A DNA stretch of 35,552 nt from a virus (Duplodnaviria > Caudoviricetes): positions 1-35,552 of the IMG/VR virus record IMGVR_UViG_3300020045_006710. One strand, written 5' to 3'. Below, one piece after another: positions 34,180 to 35,552 of this stretch. Both the position numbers and the translations under genes were made by a program. Every line of letters begins with the position of its first letter. The stretch's first letter is position 1. The notes beneath the pieces are model-generated. The model did not search any database, was not told the origin of the DNA, and saw only the letters and a list, made by a program, of their open reading frames with translations.

Positions 34180-34323
34180 TCATGTTGTTGTTAAAAGTTT
34201 AATCCAATTTGTAAACGCCTCTCGCGGGCTTTTACCAGTCACATGCCTTCCCAGCGGATCGAACAAACTCCAATAAAAGCGGCCATCTTGGTAGACGGCA
34301 AAAATGTGTGGCTTTTGTTTCAT
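34180..34323 (-). CDS. Hypothetical protein, 47 aa
   Basis: Read manually (MKQKPHIF...GKSPREAF..W). Confidence 0.5.
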   Translation of the reverse strand: MKQKPHIFAVYQDGRFYWSLFDPLGRHVTGKSPREAFTNWIKLLTTT

Positions 34324-34448
34324 CGTTGGTGCTCAATTCTTGCTGTATCATTCGGCCAAAAAACAAACTTGCAATCCTCACAAACAAACTGCTTTAGGCT
34401 GTAATATTTCTGAATGACTATGCTATCACATTTAGGGCAGTGTGTCAT
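34320..34448 (-). CDS. Small Zn-ribbon protein, 42 aa
   Basis: Read manually: CPKC...CEDC; ATGA overlap. Confidence 0.55.
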   Translation of the reverse strand: MTHCPKCDSIVIQKYYSLKQFVCEDCKFVFWPNDTARIEHQR

Positions 34449-34580
34449 TTTTTCATGGACTCTCTGTGCGCATTGTCAAAAATGTTAGTCATGTTTTTTG
34501 CCTAATAAATAAATAAATCAATAGCCACAAAGCGCCGTACTGGCCGATCGCATCTATTATTTTAATGATGTCCTGTGCGT

Positions 34581-34823
34581 TCATTTTGGATAAGCTCCGG
34601 TGTTACAAAAAATAATTAAATTGGCTAAGCGCTGGCGCTTTTTTAGCGCGATTATGCGCTTAGTTAACCGCTGAGACTGTTCAAAATGCCATCCAGCTAA
34701 TTGTTGTGCAATGACGCAGCTTTTATTATGAAATGCTCTGATTGCCTCTGAATCAGCTATGTCCTGGTCATAGTCATAGTCATAGTCATAGTCACATTGT
34801 TGCTTTGTTGTCGGGAATTTCAT
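34581..34823 (-). CDS. Hypothetical protein with short DY repeat
   Basis: ORF with ATGA overlaps; (GACTAT)4 microsatellite. Confidence 0.55.
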   Translation of the reverse strand: MKFPTTKQQCDYDYDYDYDQDIADSEAIRAFHNKSCVIAQQLAGWHFEQSQRLTKRIIALKKRQRLANLIIFCNTGAYPK

Positions 34824-35065
34824 AATGATGTCACCATATTAATCAATAGTTGTTCTGTTTTCGTCAGCGATGACAATTTAAAGTGTGGCGATCCTATTAA
34901 TTCAAACGCTATTTCGGCTAAAATGTAACTCATAATTTTTTTGTTATCTGGATCTCCTGTGCGTACAAAATATTCTCTGCCAAAAAAATTACCATCTTTG
35001 CTAAAACGAACATAAACATTTATTAGGCCTCCATCCGGTGTTAACTCGATTTTGTGTAGTTTCAT
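34820..35065 (-). CDS. Hypothetical protein
   Basis: GGTGA RBS; ATGA overlap. Confidence 0.55.
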   Translation of the reverse strand: MKLHKIELTPDGGLINVYVRFSKDGNFFGREYFVRTGDPDNKKIMSYILAEIAFELIGSPHFKLSSLTKTEQLLINMVTSL

Positions 35066-35113
35066 AAAATCACCAATATTAAAAAAATTATTAAAAGAGC
35101 CAGCGTTATTGTA

Positions 35114-35410
35114 CTATCGGTTTTCATCTGTTTTTATCCAATCGTTATATAAGCGCGCTGTTGTTTTTGAAACTGTTCCGTCTTTTTTTATTAAAAATCC
35201 ACGCAGCCATCTGCCGTGCGCATCGTCAATACCTGCATAAATATGAAAAATCTTTCCGTTATTTGATACCAGCATTGTTTTGTTTTTAACCAGTCCGTTT
35301 TTTCTTTCAAACTCGGCATCTTTAAGTGCTTTCAATTTTGACTTTGCCTCGCGCAAATCGTCGCGCAATTTATCTACTAGCGCCTGCTGCTCTTTTATTT
35401 CATCGCTCAT
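35114..35410 (-). CDS. Hypothetical protein
   Basis: GGAG RBS; coiled coil plus KKDGT.S motif. Confidence 0.65.
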   Translation of the reverse strand: MSDEIKEQQALVDKLRDDLREAKSKLKALKDAEFERKNGLVKNKTMLVSNNGKIFHIYAGIDDAHGRWLRGFLIKKDGTVSKTTARLYNDWIKTDENR

Positions 35411-35552
35411 TTGCTACGCTCCAATTATCTGCACATTGCTTGTTACAAAAACGCCGCTCACTGCCCGTAGCTGACTGACATTGCCAGCACCTGCCTGATG
35501 CATTGCTGGTATCTATTCGTGCCGCCACTTCGCGTATCTTGCCAATAGTAAA
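35400..35552 (-). CDS. Partial Zn-ribbon protein (5' end outside window)
   Basis: Read manually: GRCWQC...RRFCNKQC. Confidence 0.55.
   Translation of the reverse strand, partial: FTIGKIREVAARIDTSNASGRCWQCQSATGSERRFCNKQCADNWSVANER

Noticed and set aside
34767-34794. (GACTAT)n microsatellite as a phase-variation switch
   Set aside because: Only about four units and in-frame, so slippage would not switch expression
1-35552. Complete circular genome, or genome-wide stop-codon recoding
   Set aside because: Ends do not overlap and the last ORF is truncated; core genes are intact in the standard code and use TAA, TAG and TGA as stops

Overview
Most of a P22-like tailed phage (podovirus) genome or prophage; no integrase, primase/polymerase, endolysin or terminal repeat is visible. 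Bases 1-11.1 kb (+) are an early region: a promoter-to-terminator structured non-coding segment, an Sm-like small protein coupled to a 43-unit W/G/R-Ser repeat peptide, an RHH regulator, Sak4-like ATPase, SSB-like protein, Gp157, SF2 helicase, adenine methyltransferase, a release-factor-like mini-protein lacking GGQ, a VRR-NUC nuclease and many small ORFs. Bases 11.2-32.7 kb (-) are the late region: terminases, portal, scaffold, coat, tailspike, gp4/gp10-like tail proteins, a SET + cupin fusion, three ejection proteins (one with a transglycosylase domain), tail fibre, two SGNH esterases, a secreted protein and holin/spanin genes. Bases 32.8-35.5 kb hold an inverted self-contained mini-operon and small (-) genes including a Gp49/Gp66-family protein. 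Best leads: the SET-cupin fusion in the virion operon; the ncRNA/Sm-like/repeat-peptide locus; the GGQ-less release-factor mimic near a UGA-interrupted ORF; and exact direct repeats bracketing single early genes. All family calls come from motif recognition by eye, not database searches.
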